A stretch of 62,198 nucleotides of DNA from Candidatus Margulisiibacteriota bacterium (GTDB taxonomy: Bacteria > Margulisbacteria > Termititenacia > Termititenacales > Termititenacaceae), in NCBI GenBank assembly GCA_031274525.1, contig JAISQA010000041.1:1-62198 (forward strand), written 5' to 3'. The notes under the pieces are model-generated. The model was given only the letters and a program-made list of their open reading frames with translations, was not told the DNA's origin and did not search any database. Of this stretch, positions 34,493-42,648 are shown one piece after another. The position numbers and the translations under genes are program-made. Numbering within the stretch: position 1 is the stretch's first letter; each line of letters starts with the position of its first letter.

Positions 34493-36778
34493 GTGGAAAT
34501 CTCTATTTATTCCAAACTGACCGCTGACGAGTTAAAAAACCTGCATGCTCAGCTGACTTCCCGGTATGGAGCGGCTTTGCAGGATGATTCGCGCTCGCTG
34601 GAAGACAGACGGCTCGATAAACTTGTTTCCAGAAAAGTCAGTCAGGATAAACAGGAACAGGAGATAATTTCTGTCCGCGAATTTGTCAAGGAACATCTAT
34701 ACCGCCAGTTAAAAGAACTGGCCTTGATTATTTATCTGGCTATGGATAAACGCAAGGATTTTGGCGTGATGGGCGAGCAGAGAGTGTCGATTTCTTTTTG
34801 CCGGAATATTCTCAATATCCCCAATAACCGGGAAGTCACCCAGTTTGACGCTGACCGTTTCCGCAGAGTGCTGGATGAGTGTGATAAACGCAACGGCAAC
34901 AGATCCGGTGATGCTTATCTGGCGTATGTCAAAGATTATGCGCTGGAATTATTCGAAAAAAAATATCCCTATCATAGCCTGGTGGATATTAATGTTTTGC
35001 TGGATTTGCTGGGCGCGGAGTATTATTTATTCAGCACGCTGGGAGCGTATGCCGTAAGTTTCATCCTGGGGTCAATAGAAAAAAGAGAAATAGAAGAGAA
35101 CAAGGCTTTTATTATCTTGCGGGAATATGTCCGTTCCCCGCAGTTTGTTTTGTCTATTGCCGCGGAGGTTTACAAAGATGCGACGATGATCCGGCAGGAA
35201 GCCTGTGAGGTTATTTTTTTCAACAAATGGCAGAAGTTTTTTGACCAGTCCAAAGCGGAACGCAAACGCGCTTTGCACCATGTTAATTCTGCTATTCGGG
35301 AGGGACTCAAAGCCAAAGCGCTGGCCTGGTATGATGCCGGTAAGACAGAAGATGTCCTGGAAGTGCGGGAAACTTTTATTCAGGAAATGCTGGACGGTAT
35401 ATTCTGGCACGAAGTCGGTCATCATGTTTCGCATAAAGATATGGATCCGGTGCACCATGCTTTTCGCAGTAATATAGTGGAGGGCGAGGGTGTTGGTACT
35501 GTGTTGCTGGAAGCTCTGGCGGACTGGGCTCCGGCCAGAGGCCAATCTAAAGGCGCGATTACCCGCTTTGCCGAAATTGCCAGAACCGATGTAAAAAGAG
35601 CGACCAGAGATTTGTATGTTTATATGTCGGACAACTGGTTCGTGGATGAGGACGAAGAATTTATGAGCCTGATGAGCAATGTTTTGGTCGGACTGGCAGT
35701 TTATTTTATTAATCCGGATGGCTCTGTGGATTTTGCCCGCTTAAACAAAGAAAAAGAGCAGATATACAACTTTTTCCAGAAACGCTGCAAAGTTCTTTTG
35801 GATAAACTATTAGATATTGTGCGGCACGCGACGTATGAAATTGGCATTCATAAAGTCGATTACAAAACGCTGGAAAAAGAATTATATAAACTATATCAGA
35901 ACACCAGAAATGCCCGTCCGCTGGAAGAATTATGCAAGTTCTCCTCTTTTTGGGTAAATATGGTCGGTTATCTGAAAAAGTTTTCCAGAGCGGGCTGGGA
36001 ACAGTATCAAGCCGCATTAAATGAAGAAGCGGGCTTGCTGGAGCAGATGATCCTCAAAGTGATTACCAAAGGTAATGAAGACAAGTATAAAAATTCCTTG
36101 CGGGAATATATAGTAGCGCGTTCTAAAGAAATAGGGCTTATCCAGCTATTGCCGGAGGTAGACAGCGCCGCGGCGGTGCGTGCGGCCTGCGACGCGATGA
36201 AAATGCCGGATAAGATCCGGGAACAGGTACAGACTAGATTTGAGGAGATAGACAAAGGCAAGAATTATGATATTTCGATTAGCTATGACGGCGAAAAAGA
36301 TCCGTTCATTGCGGTCTTGCAGGAAATGATGCTCAAGAGCGGCTATGGCGATATTAAATCCGGGATGCTGATAGGCGAATACTACAATGCGGACGCTTCC
36401 GCCGAGGAGCGCAAAGGGTATATCAAGGATGAATTGGAAACCCTGCGTGACCAATTAGAATCAGAGATGTATCTGGAAATAGACATACTGCGCGTGAATG
36501 AAAAATATCCTATCCGCCCGATGGTCGAAGAGCTTTTGACCACAGTGGCTTTTTTTGACGGCCGCAAACTGGCGGAGAAAATCCGTTCAGTTGAATATAC
36601 CTCTTTAGATAATGACGCGCTCATGGAAGTATTTATCCCGCTCAAGCGCGGGTATATGGACTGGAACACTTCGCAGGCCGTCTGGCGGATCAATCAAGAC
36701 CTGCGGCCGGAAGATTTTATGCTGCAATGGACCGTAGACAAAGATTTTCTGGAAGCGCTGATCGAGGCTTATTCCTGA
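34493..36778 (+). CDS. 761-aa protein with HExxH zinc-metallopeptidase-like motif
   Basis: GTG start. FWHEVGHHVSH lies at nt 35402-35434, with LLEALADW about 30 aa downstream (gluzincin-like). Confidence 0.7.
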   Translation: MEISIYSKLTADELKNLHAQLTSRYGAALQDDSRSLEDRRLDKLVSRKVSQDKQEQEIISVREFVKEHLYRQLKELALIIYLAMDKRKDFGVMGEQRVSISFCRNILNIPNNREVTQFDADRFRRVLDECDKRNGNRSGDAYLAYVKDYALELFEKKYPYHSLVDINVLLDLLGAEYYLFSTLGAYAVSFILGSIEKREIEENKAFIILREYVRSPQFVLSIAAEVYKDATMIRQEACEVIFFNKWQKFFDQSKAERKRALHHVNSAIREGLKAKALAWYDAGKTEDVLEVRETFIQEMLDGIFWHEVGHHVSHKDMDPVHHAFRSNIVEGEGVGTVLLEALADWAPARGQSKGAITRFAEIARTDVKRATRDLYVYMSDNWFVDEDEEFMSLMSNVLVGLAVYFINPDGSVDFARLNKEKEQIYNFFQKRCKVLLDKLLDIVRHATYEIGIHKVDYKTLEKELYKLYQNTRNARPLEELCKFSSFWVNMVGYLKKFSRAGWEQYQAALNEEAGLLEQMILKVITKGNEDKYKNSLREYIVARSKEIGLIQLLPEVDSAAAVRAACDAMKMPDKIREQVQTRFEEIDKGKNYDISISYDGEKDPFIAVLQEMMLKSGYGDIKSGMLIGEYYNADASAEERKGYIKDELETLRDQLESEMYLEIDILRVNEKYPIRPMVEELLTTVAFFDGRKLAEKIRSVEYTSLDNDALMEVFIPLKRGYMDWNTSQAVWRINQDLRPEDFMLQWTVDKDFLEALIEAYS

Positions 36779-36793
36779 TTTCCCTGCAACTTA

Positions 36794-36822
36794 TTCTCTA
36801 AAGATACGATATCTTTAGAGAA
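36794..36822 (+). other. perfect 12-bp stem / 5-nt loop hairpin in the 54-nt spacer between the 761-aa and 405-aa genes
   Basis: TTCTCTAAAGAT-ACGAT-ATCTTTAGAGAA. It abuts the GAGG SD of the next gene and has no T-tract. Confidence 0.5.
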
Positions 36823-36832
36823 GAGGCCTTTT

Positions 36833-38050
36833 ATGCGTATATCTTATAAAGAAAAAGAAACATTTCCCGTTTTGAATGAGACTGCAACGCAGCAGATGGT
36901 ACAAATTATTAAAATAGTTCAAGAGCAGAGATTTTATCTGTATGATTTTGATATTGCTGAATATGGTGCGGAAAATTTCCAAAAATTTATAACTTTAATA
37001 GAACGCAAAATAGGTCATGCTGCGGCAGCTGTAGTGGCTTTTTACATGGCGGATGGAGTCCGGGACTGGCGTAAAGTTGCGATTGGCTTAGATCTACTGG
37101 ATTTGGCCAAAATAAATTGTGAAATAGCTATTGCCAATAATCTGGATCGGAATAAAACAAAAGCAGATATTGTGTATGAAGTGCTTAACGGCTTAAATGG
37201 CCGCCAGCCGCTGGCTCCCAGGTATGATGGGGAGAATAAAACCCTGATGGGCTTGTTTTTCCGAATTTTGACCGGCGCTACCCGGGAAAATGAAGGCCGG
37301 TATTTGCAGGCAGATTGCAAGCCTTTGACCGTGCTGTTTTATTCAACCATGTCCGCTTTAGGCGAAAAAACAAAAATTCATTTAACAGAATGGATAGATG
37401 AAGAAAAAAATACGCGTCACATGTATTCTGCACTCGAAAATGGCCTTGATTACGAGCATACCCATGATGAGGATAACTATGAAAGGCGTCATGAAAGACT
37501 AAAGAAGATATATGATGATCAAATATTAGACAGTATTTGGCCGGTAATAGCAGAGGAAATGATAACTGTTTGGCTGGCCAATAAGTCTATGGATACGGAA
37601 AAGAACATTGCCACTTTAGAGCAAGTCAGAATTTTAGATCGGAGCAATCTGGTTGTTTTAGGAAACCTGGTTCCTGAATATACAAAAAGACTTGCCGAAA
37701 TGGCAGGTGAATATGATAGAACTCAGGGTGAAGAGAAACAAGCTATTCTAGATAACTACATAAATCTATTAAAATATACTAATGAACTTTTGCTGGAATA
37801 TATTAGGAGTTATGTCAGGGTATATGAAGAAATAGAAAAACCGGAATTAAAAAAATTATTCAGAGAAAACAGAATTAAGGGATTTATAGATAATCTGGTC
37901 TGTGGCGAGGAAGCTATTTCTCCTGCTTTAGAACTTGCTTCCCGGGAAACACAGATAATTTTCGAACAACAATTAGCTGAAATCAAAGCGTTAAAAAATT
38001 TATTAGTGGATAGTTTGACAGTAAGACAGGCTCTTTCCCGCATGATATAA
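36833..38050 (+). CDS. 405-aa hypothetical protein, last gene of the AT-rich block
   Basis: AT-rich ORF co-directional with the preceding genes. No recognisable motif. Confidence 0.65.
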   Translation: MRISYKEKETFPVLNETATQQMVQIIKIVQEQRFYLYDFDIAEYGAENFQKFITLIERKIGHAAAAVVAFYMADGVRDWRKVAIGLDLLDLAKINCEIAIANNLDRNKTKADIVYEVLNGLNGRQPLAPRYDGENKTLMGLFFRILTGATRENEGRYLQADCKPLTVLFYSTMSALGEKTKIHLTEWIDEEKNTRHMYSALENGLDYEHTHDEDNYERRHERLKKIYDDQILDSIWPVIAEEMITVWLANKSMDTEKNIATLEQVRILDRSNLVVLGNLVPEYTKRLAEMAGEYDRTQGEEKQAILDNYINLLKYTNELLLEYIRSYVRVYEEIEKPELKKLFRENRIKGFIDNLVCGEEAISPALELASRETQIIFEQQLAEIKALKNLLVDSLTVRQALSRMI

Positions 38051-38080
38051 TTCCCGCTCAATCCTTTATGAGGAGGCTAT

Positions 38081-39580
38081 ATGCGCGCACTGGTATCCGT
38101 TTCCGACAAGACCGGCATAGTCGAATTTTGCCGGGGGCTGGCCGCGCTGGGTTTTGAGATCATCTCCACCGGCGGCACCTCCAGAGTTCTGAAAGAGAAC
38201 GGCGTCGAAACTACCGATATTTCCGCAGTCACGCAGTTTCCCGAAATGCTGGACGGCCGGGTCAAGACTTTGCACCCCAAAATTCACGGCGGCCTGCTGG
38301 CCCTGCGCGGCAATCCCGAACATGTGGCGACCTGTCAAAAACACGGAATTACTTTTATCGACCTGGTCGTGGTCAATCTCTATCCTTTTGAGCAAACTAT
38401 CGCTAAACCGGATATTGAATTAGCGGAGGCTATTGAAAATATCGATATCGGCGGGCCGTCGATGCTGCGCTCCGCTGCCAAAAATTACCGCTCAGTCGGC
38501 GTGCTCACCGATCCGGCGGATTACGCTGCGGTACTGGCGGAGCTGCGGCAAAATAAAGAACTGTCCATGCCGACGAAAGAAAAACTGGCCGTAAAAGTTT
38601 TTGCCCGGACAGCGGCTTATGATAAAACCATCAGCGCTTATCTGCATAAAACCCTTTTGCCGGAAGATATCGCGGAGGCCGCGCCGGAGCTGGGTTCCGC
38701 CCGGAAACTGCGCTACGGCGAGAATCCGCATCAGAGCGCGGTATATATCGGCAAGCCTTACACCCAGCTGCACGGCAAAGAGTTATCTTTCAATAATATC
38801 ATCGATATTGACGCGGCGCAGAATATCGTCGCGGATTTCCGCGAGCCGGCGGTGGCGATCGTCAAGCACACCAATCCCTGCGGCGCGGCGATCGGTCAGA
38901 CCCCCGAAGCAGCCTATGCCAGAGCGCTGGCCGGCGACCCGGTTTCGGCTTTTGGCGGGATCATCGGCGTGAACCGTCCGGTGTCCGCGGCGCTGGCGGA
39001 AAAAATCGCTGAACTTTTTGTCGAAGTGGTAACTGCTCCTGATTATACGCCGGAAGCGCTGGCCAAATTAAAAGAAAAGAAAAATATCCGGCTGATCAAA
39101 ACGGATTTTGTCATCAGCGGCCCGGATGTCAAACGCACCAACAACGGCTATCTGGTGCAGGACAGAGATCGGATGCTGACCGCGGAAAAAGATTTGCAGC
39201 TCCAGACCCGGCAGGCGCCGCAGGACTTACAGAATCTTTTGTTCGCCTGGAAGATCTGCCGCCATGTCAAGTCCAACGCTATTGTGCTGGCCAGAGACGG
39301 TGCGGTTATCGGCGTGGGCGCGGGGCAGATGTCGCGCATTGACGCGCTGAATTGCGCGGAACGCAAAGCCAGAGAGCACAACGCGGCCCGGCTTCCGGGC
39401 TGTGTGCTGGCCTCAGACGCCTTTTTCCCTTTCCGGGATGTAGTGGACGCCGCGGCCAGACTGGGCGTCAGCGAGATCATCCAGCCGGGCGGCTCGGTGC
39501 GCGATGCGGAGTCTATCGCGGCCTGCGATGAGCACGGCATTGCGATGGTCTTCACCGGACGGCGGCATTTCAAGCACTGA
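38081..39580 (+). CDS. purH: bifunctional AICAR transformylase / IMP cyclohydrolase
   Basis: MRALVSVSDKTG MGS-like N-terminus and a conserved C-terminal RHFKH. Confidence 0.95.
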   Translation: MRALVSVSDKTGIVEFCRGLAALGFEIISTGGTSRVLKENGVETTDISAVTQFPEMLDGRVKTLHPKIHGGLLALRGNPEHVATCQKHGITFIDLVVVNLYPFEQTIAKPDIELAEAIENIDIGGPSMLRSAAKNYRSVGVLTDPADYAAVLAELRQNKELSMPTKEKLAVKVFARTAAYDKTISAYLHKTLLPEDIAEAAPELGSARKLRYGENPHQSAVYIGKPYTQLHGKELSFNNIIDIDAAQNIVADFREPAVAIVKHTNPCGAAIGQTPEAAYARALAGDPVSAFGGIIGVNRPVSAALAEKIAELFVEVVTAPDYTPEALAKLKEKKNIRLIKTDFVISGPDVKRTNNGYLVQDRDRMLTAEKDLQLQTRQAPQDLQNLLFAWKICRHVKSNAIVLARDGAVIGVGAGQMSRIDALNCAERKAREHNAARLPGCVLASDAFFPFRDVVDAAARLGVSEIIQPGGSVRDAESIAACDEHGIAMVFTGRRHFKH

Positions 39581-40512
39581 TGGACGAATTGTTTGTCCGG
39601 GTAAAAAAACTCCAGCAGGAAAAAAACGCGCTGATTCTGGCGCATGTTTACACGCCGCCGGAAGTGCAGGACGCGGCGGATTATGTCGGGGACAGCCTGG
39701 GGCTCAGCCGCAGGTCTGCCGATGCTTCCGTGCCGCAGGACAGGATAATTTTCTGCGGTGTGTATTTTATGGCGGAGACGGCGGCGCTGCTCGCGCCGCA
39801 GAAAAAGGTCTATATCCCCGATCCTAAGGCCGGCTGTCCCATGGCGGACATGGCGGAGGTGGCGGAGGTGCTCCGGCTCAAAGCCGCGCATCCCGGAGCC
39901 GCAGTGGTGACTTATGTCAATTCCACCGCCGCGGTGAAAGCGGTCTCGGATATCTGCGTGACCTCGGCCAACGCCGTCTGTATTGTCCGGAAACTGCCGC
40001 AGCGCAGGATCATCTTTATCCCCGACCGTAGTCTGGGCGCGTATGTCGCCGCGCAGGTGCCGGACAAAGAAATCATTCTCTGGCCGGGCTTTTGTCCGAC
40101 GCATCACCGGATCCTGGGTGAATTTTTGACCAGAGTGAAAGCCGCGCATCCGCAGGCGCTGATCCTGGCGCATCCCGAAAATAATAAAAATGTACTGGAG
40201 CAGGCAGATTTTATCGGCTCCACCGGCCAGATGCAGGAATATGCCTCCGCTTCAGCGGCGCGGGAATTTATTATCGCCAGCGAGAACGGTCTTTTGCACC
40301 GCTTGCGGACGGATAATCCGGACAAGAAATTTTATCCGGTGACGCCGCTGGCGGTCTGCCCCAATATGCAGAAAAATACGCTGGAAAAGCTAGGTAACGT
40401 TTTAGAAAACATGGAGCGGCCAGCGGACGGAGCCGGACTGTCAGTGACGGTGGATGAAAAGATCGCCGTTCCGGCACGGCGGGCTATTCAGAGAATGCTG
40501 GAGTTATCCTGA
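39580..40512 (+). CDS. nadA: quinolinate synthase
   Basis: ILAHVYTPPEVQDAADYVGDSL and YFMAETA. The start overlaps the purH stop. Confidence 0.93.
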   Translation: MDELFVRVKKLQQEKNALILAHVYTPPEVQDAADYVGDSLGLSRRSADASVPQDRIIFCGVYFMAETAALLAPQKKVYIPDPKAGCPMADMAEVAEVLRLKAAHPGAAVVTYVNSTAAVKAVSDICVTSANAVCIVRKLPQRRIIFIPDRSLGAYVAAQVPDKEIILWPGFCPTHHRILGEFLTRVKAAHPQALILAHPENNKNVLEQADFIGSTGQMQEYASASAAREFIIASENGLLHRLRTDNPDKKFYPVTPLAVCPNMQKNTLEKLGNVLENMERPADGAGLSVTVDEKIAVPARRAIQRMLELS

Positions 40513-40607
40513 ACTGATATTCAGGGCAAAGCGAATATTTTGCCGCAAGCATACATACAATATTCTGCCGGGTGCGGCGGCAAAGACCTGCAGGCAGCCG
40601 TAATTTA

Positions 40608-40886
40608 CTAATTGCCAGTCCCGATTTTTTTGCGGTTATCGAAAGCCCAGAGATGCGCCACATCGGTTTCCAGCAGGGCTTCCATAAAAGACTTCTGGTC
40701 GAGAATACCGCAGACATCGCGGCCCTGTTCATCGTGCAGGATATACAGCTCATTATCGACTTTCTTAACGCTGCCTTTGTAGCAGAGCTCGCTTTTTTTA
40801 CTCAGGTGCGCATACATGCTCATGTTTTGCATATTGTCCTGAAATTTGTCGCTGATGATAATTTCTGCCTTTTTCATGTTTTTCAT
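40608..40886 (-). CDS. hypothetical small protein (about 92 aa)
   Basis: An ATG at 40886 preceded by a GAGGTGG SD is more likely than the listed GTG at 40895. The gene is AT-rich. Confidence 0.5.
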   Translation of the reverse strand: MKNMKKAEIIISDKFQDNMQNMSMYAHLSKKSELCYKGSVKKVDNELYILHDEQGRDVCGILDQKSFMEALLETDVAHLWAFDNRKKIGTGN

Positions 40887-40970
40887 AAAGACCACCTCAT
40901 TACACTAAGATATCGTAAGTATTTTCAAATTGTTTCAAAAAAGTTTCCGGAGAAATGTTAGAATTATCCG

Positions 40971-41825
40971 ATGAGAAAAATTTTGCTGTTATTGATGCTG
41001 ATTTTGGGACTGGCCGCTGCGCGTCCGGTGCCGGCTTTGACCGCCAGAGTGAATGATACCGCCGGTCTTTTGACCGCCGGGGAGCGGCAGGAGCTGGAAA
41101 ATCTGCTGGCCGCTTATGAGGCCGGGACAGCCGGACAAATGGTTTTATTGACCATAGACAGTCTGGAGGGCGAAAGTCTGGAAAGTTATTCCATGCAGGT
41201 CGTGGAGCAATGGCAGCCGGGCCAAAAAAACCGGGACAACGGTGTGCTGCTTTTGATCGTCAAAGCTGACCGCCGGGCCAGAATAGAGGTCGGTTATGGT
41301 CTGGAGCCGGTCTTAACGGATGTTTTTTGCGGACAGGCGCTGGATCAATTTTTGCTGCCGGCTTTCCGGGAGGGCGCTTATTACGCCGGTATTTACCGGA
41401 CTCTGACCGCCCTGATGGACAGAACGGGTTTTGGGCCGGAGGGCGCCGCCGCGCCGGCAGTTTCCGCCGGATACGCGCTGTCTCCCGGTCAGGAAATATT
41501 GCTGCCGCTGGTTTTATTCTTTGCTGTTTTTCTGGGTTTGAGCCGGCAGAATTTTTTGTTCAAAGGTCTGTGGGGCGGCGTGTTCTTAATTCTGGCGGCT
41601 TTTGGGGTTTTGCGTCTGGATTTTTCATTCTTGCTGCTGCTCCTCCTTTTGGCGCTGGGCTGGCCTTTTAGTCTGGCCCTGCTCGGCCTGTTCTGGATCA
41701 TCCGGTTTTGGGGCCTGTCCGGCGGCGGAATACACGGCCGCACCTACGGCGGCCGCGGGATGGGCGGCGGATTCAGAGGCGGCGGCGGGCGTTTTGGCGG
41801 GGGCGGCGCCTCGCGGGGCTGGTAA
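40971..41825 (+). CDS. TPM-domain (YgcG-like) membrane protein with Gly-rich tail
   Basis: Signal/TM N-terminus. RVNDTAGLL...MVLLTIDSLEG...NGVLLLIVKADRRARIEVGYGLE. Confidence 0.8.
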   Translation: MRKILLLLMLILGLAAARPVPALTARVNDTAGLLTAGERQELENLLAAYEAGTAGQMVLLTIDSLEGESLESYSMQVVEQWQPGQKNRDNGVLLLIVKADRRARIEVGYGLEPVLTDVFCGQALDQFLLPAFREGAYYAGIYRTLTALMDRTGFGPEGAAAPAVSAGYALSPGQEILLPLVLFFAVFLGLSRQNFLFKGLWGGVFLILAAFGVLRLDFSFLLLLLLLALGWPFSLALLGLFWIIRFWGLSGGGIHGRTYGGRGMGGGFRGGGGRFGGGGASRGW

Positions 41826-42224
41826 GCCGTTTGTTCTGGCCAGCGTGGCAGCCCGCACTGCGGCTAAATCCAGCTCTGCTCCGGGCCCTATGCCGCTGGC
41901 TGCAAACCAGCCCGCGCGCAGCTCCAGGGCATAACGGATCGCCGCGGAGCGGGAAAATATAGACTCAGTACTCCGGGCGGAGAGGGCTTTGATCTCGTCC
42001 AGACGGCCATCCGCGGTGAAATAACCCAGGCTCAAATCGATAGGCACATTGGCCATCCAGAAAGCGCGCCGCTGGCTGTCCGGGAAAACGAACAGCATCC
42101 CCTCGTCGGCCTCCAGAGACTGCCGGTGCATCAATCCCCGCGCGTGTTCTTCCGGCGTCAGCGCCACCTGTACGCGAATGATTTTACCGCCGAGAGCTAT
42201 GCCGAAATGGGCGGCCGGATCCAT
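41625..42224 (-). CDS. DUF192-family protein with long low-complexity C-terminal extension
   Basis: ARGLMHRQSLEADEGMLFVF...AFWMANVPIDLSLGYF core. The last about 70 aa are antisense to the TPM gene Gly-rich tail. Confidence 0.65.
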   Translation of the reverse strand: MDPAAHFGIALGGKIIRVQVALTPEEHARGLMHRQSLEADEGMLFVFPDSQRRAFWMANVPIDLSLGYFTADGRLDEIKALSARSTESIFSRSAAIRYALELRAGWFAASGIGPGAELDLAAVRAATLARTNGLPAPRGAAPAKTPAAASESAAHPAAAVGAAVYSAAGQAPKPDDPEQAEQGQTKRPAQRQKEEQQQE

Positions 42225-42225
42225 A

Positions 42226-42387
42226 TCAGCGCGTCAGTTTGCCCGGCAGCCGCGCACTTCCCGCCCCGCCGGCCTGATACAGTTCCGTCGTCAGCCCGGC
42301 TTGCTGGCAGACCGTCAGTACTGTATTCAGCATTTTTTCTGTGTTGCCGCCTTTACGCGGACTGCCGTTGACGGCTGATACCTGCAT
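42226..42387 (-). pseudogene. 53-codon remnant of an NAD(P)H-dependent FMN reductase / iron-sulfur flavoprotein gene
   Basis: MQVSAVNGSPRKGGNTEKML matches the N-terminus of the intact paralog at 50957 (MKVILVNGSPHEKGCTYT). It stops prematurely, and a +1 frame reads VRGCRAN. Confidence 0.4.
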
Positions 42388-42456
42388 AGATGGTGCTTAT
42401 TGTAAAAAATTAACACAGGTCTGGCAATCGATTTTTTAAAAACACAGGAAGTATTG

Positions 42457-42643
42457 TGTAAATATTTTACCGGAGCGAACATTGCGCAACGAACTTAACG
42501 AGCGTTAGCGAAGTTAAGTGAGGTCCAGCCGCCAGCTTGATTAGCTGGCGACACTTCTGCGGCGACTTGTGGTCGCTCGCAGTCGCAAGTACGCCGTTAG
42601 GTGCGCCGTGCTGCGCACCGTTCGCGGAGGAAAAATATTTACA
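42457..42643. repeat. structured repeat element, copy 2 (termini TGTAAATATTT / AAATATTTACA)
   Basis: The core is near-identical to 62080-62198. It ends 5 nt from the cadA stop codon. Confidence 0.8.
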
Positions 42644-42648
42644 TAAGA

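Noticed and set aside
38051-38080. ZTP (pfl) riboswitch upstream of purH, or NAD riboswitch before nadA
   Set aside because: The spacers are 30 nt and 0 nt, leaving no room for a riboswitch.
39148-40173. 341-aa minus-strand ORF
   Set aside because: It is antisense to purH/nadA, the same GC-rich artefact.
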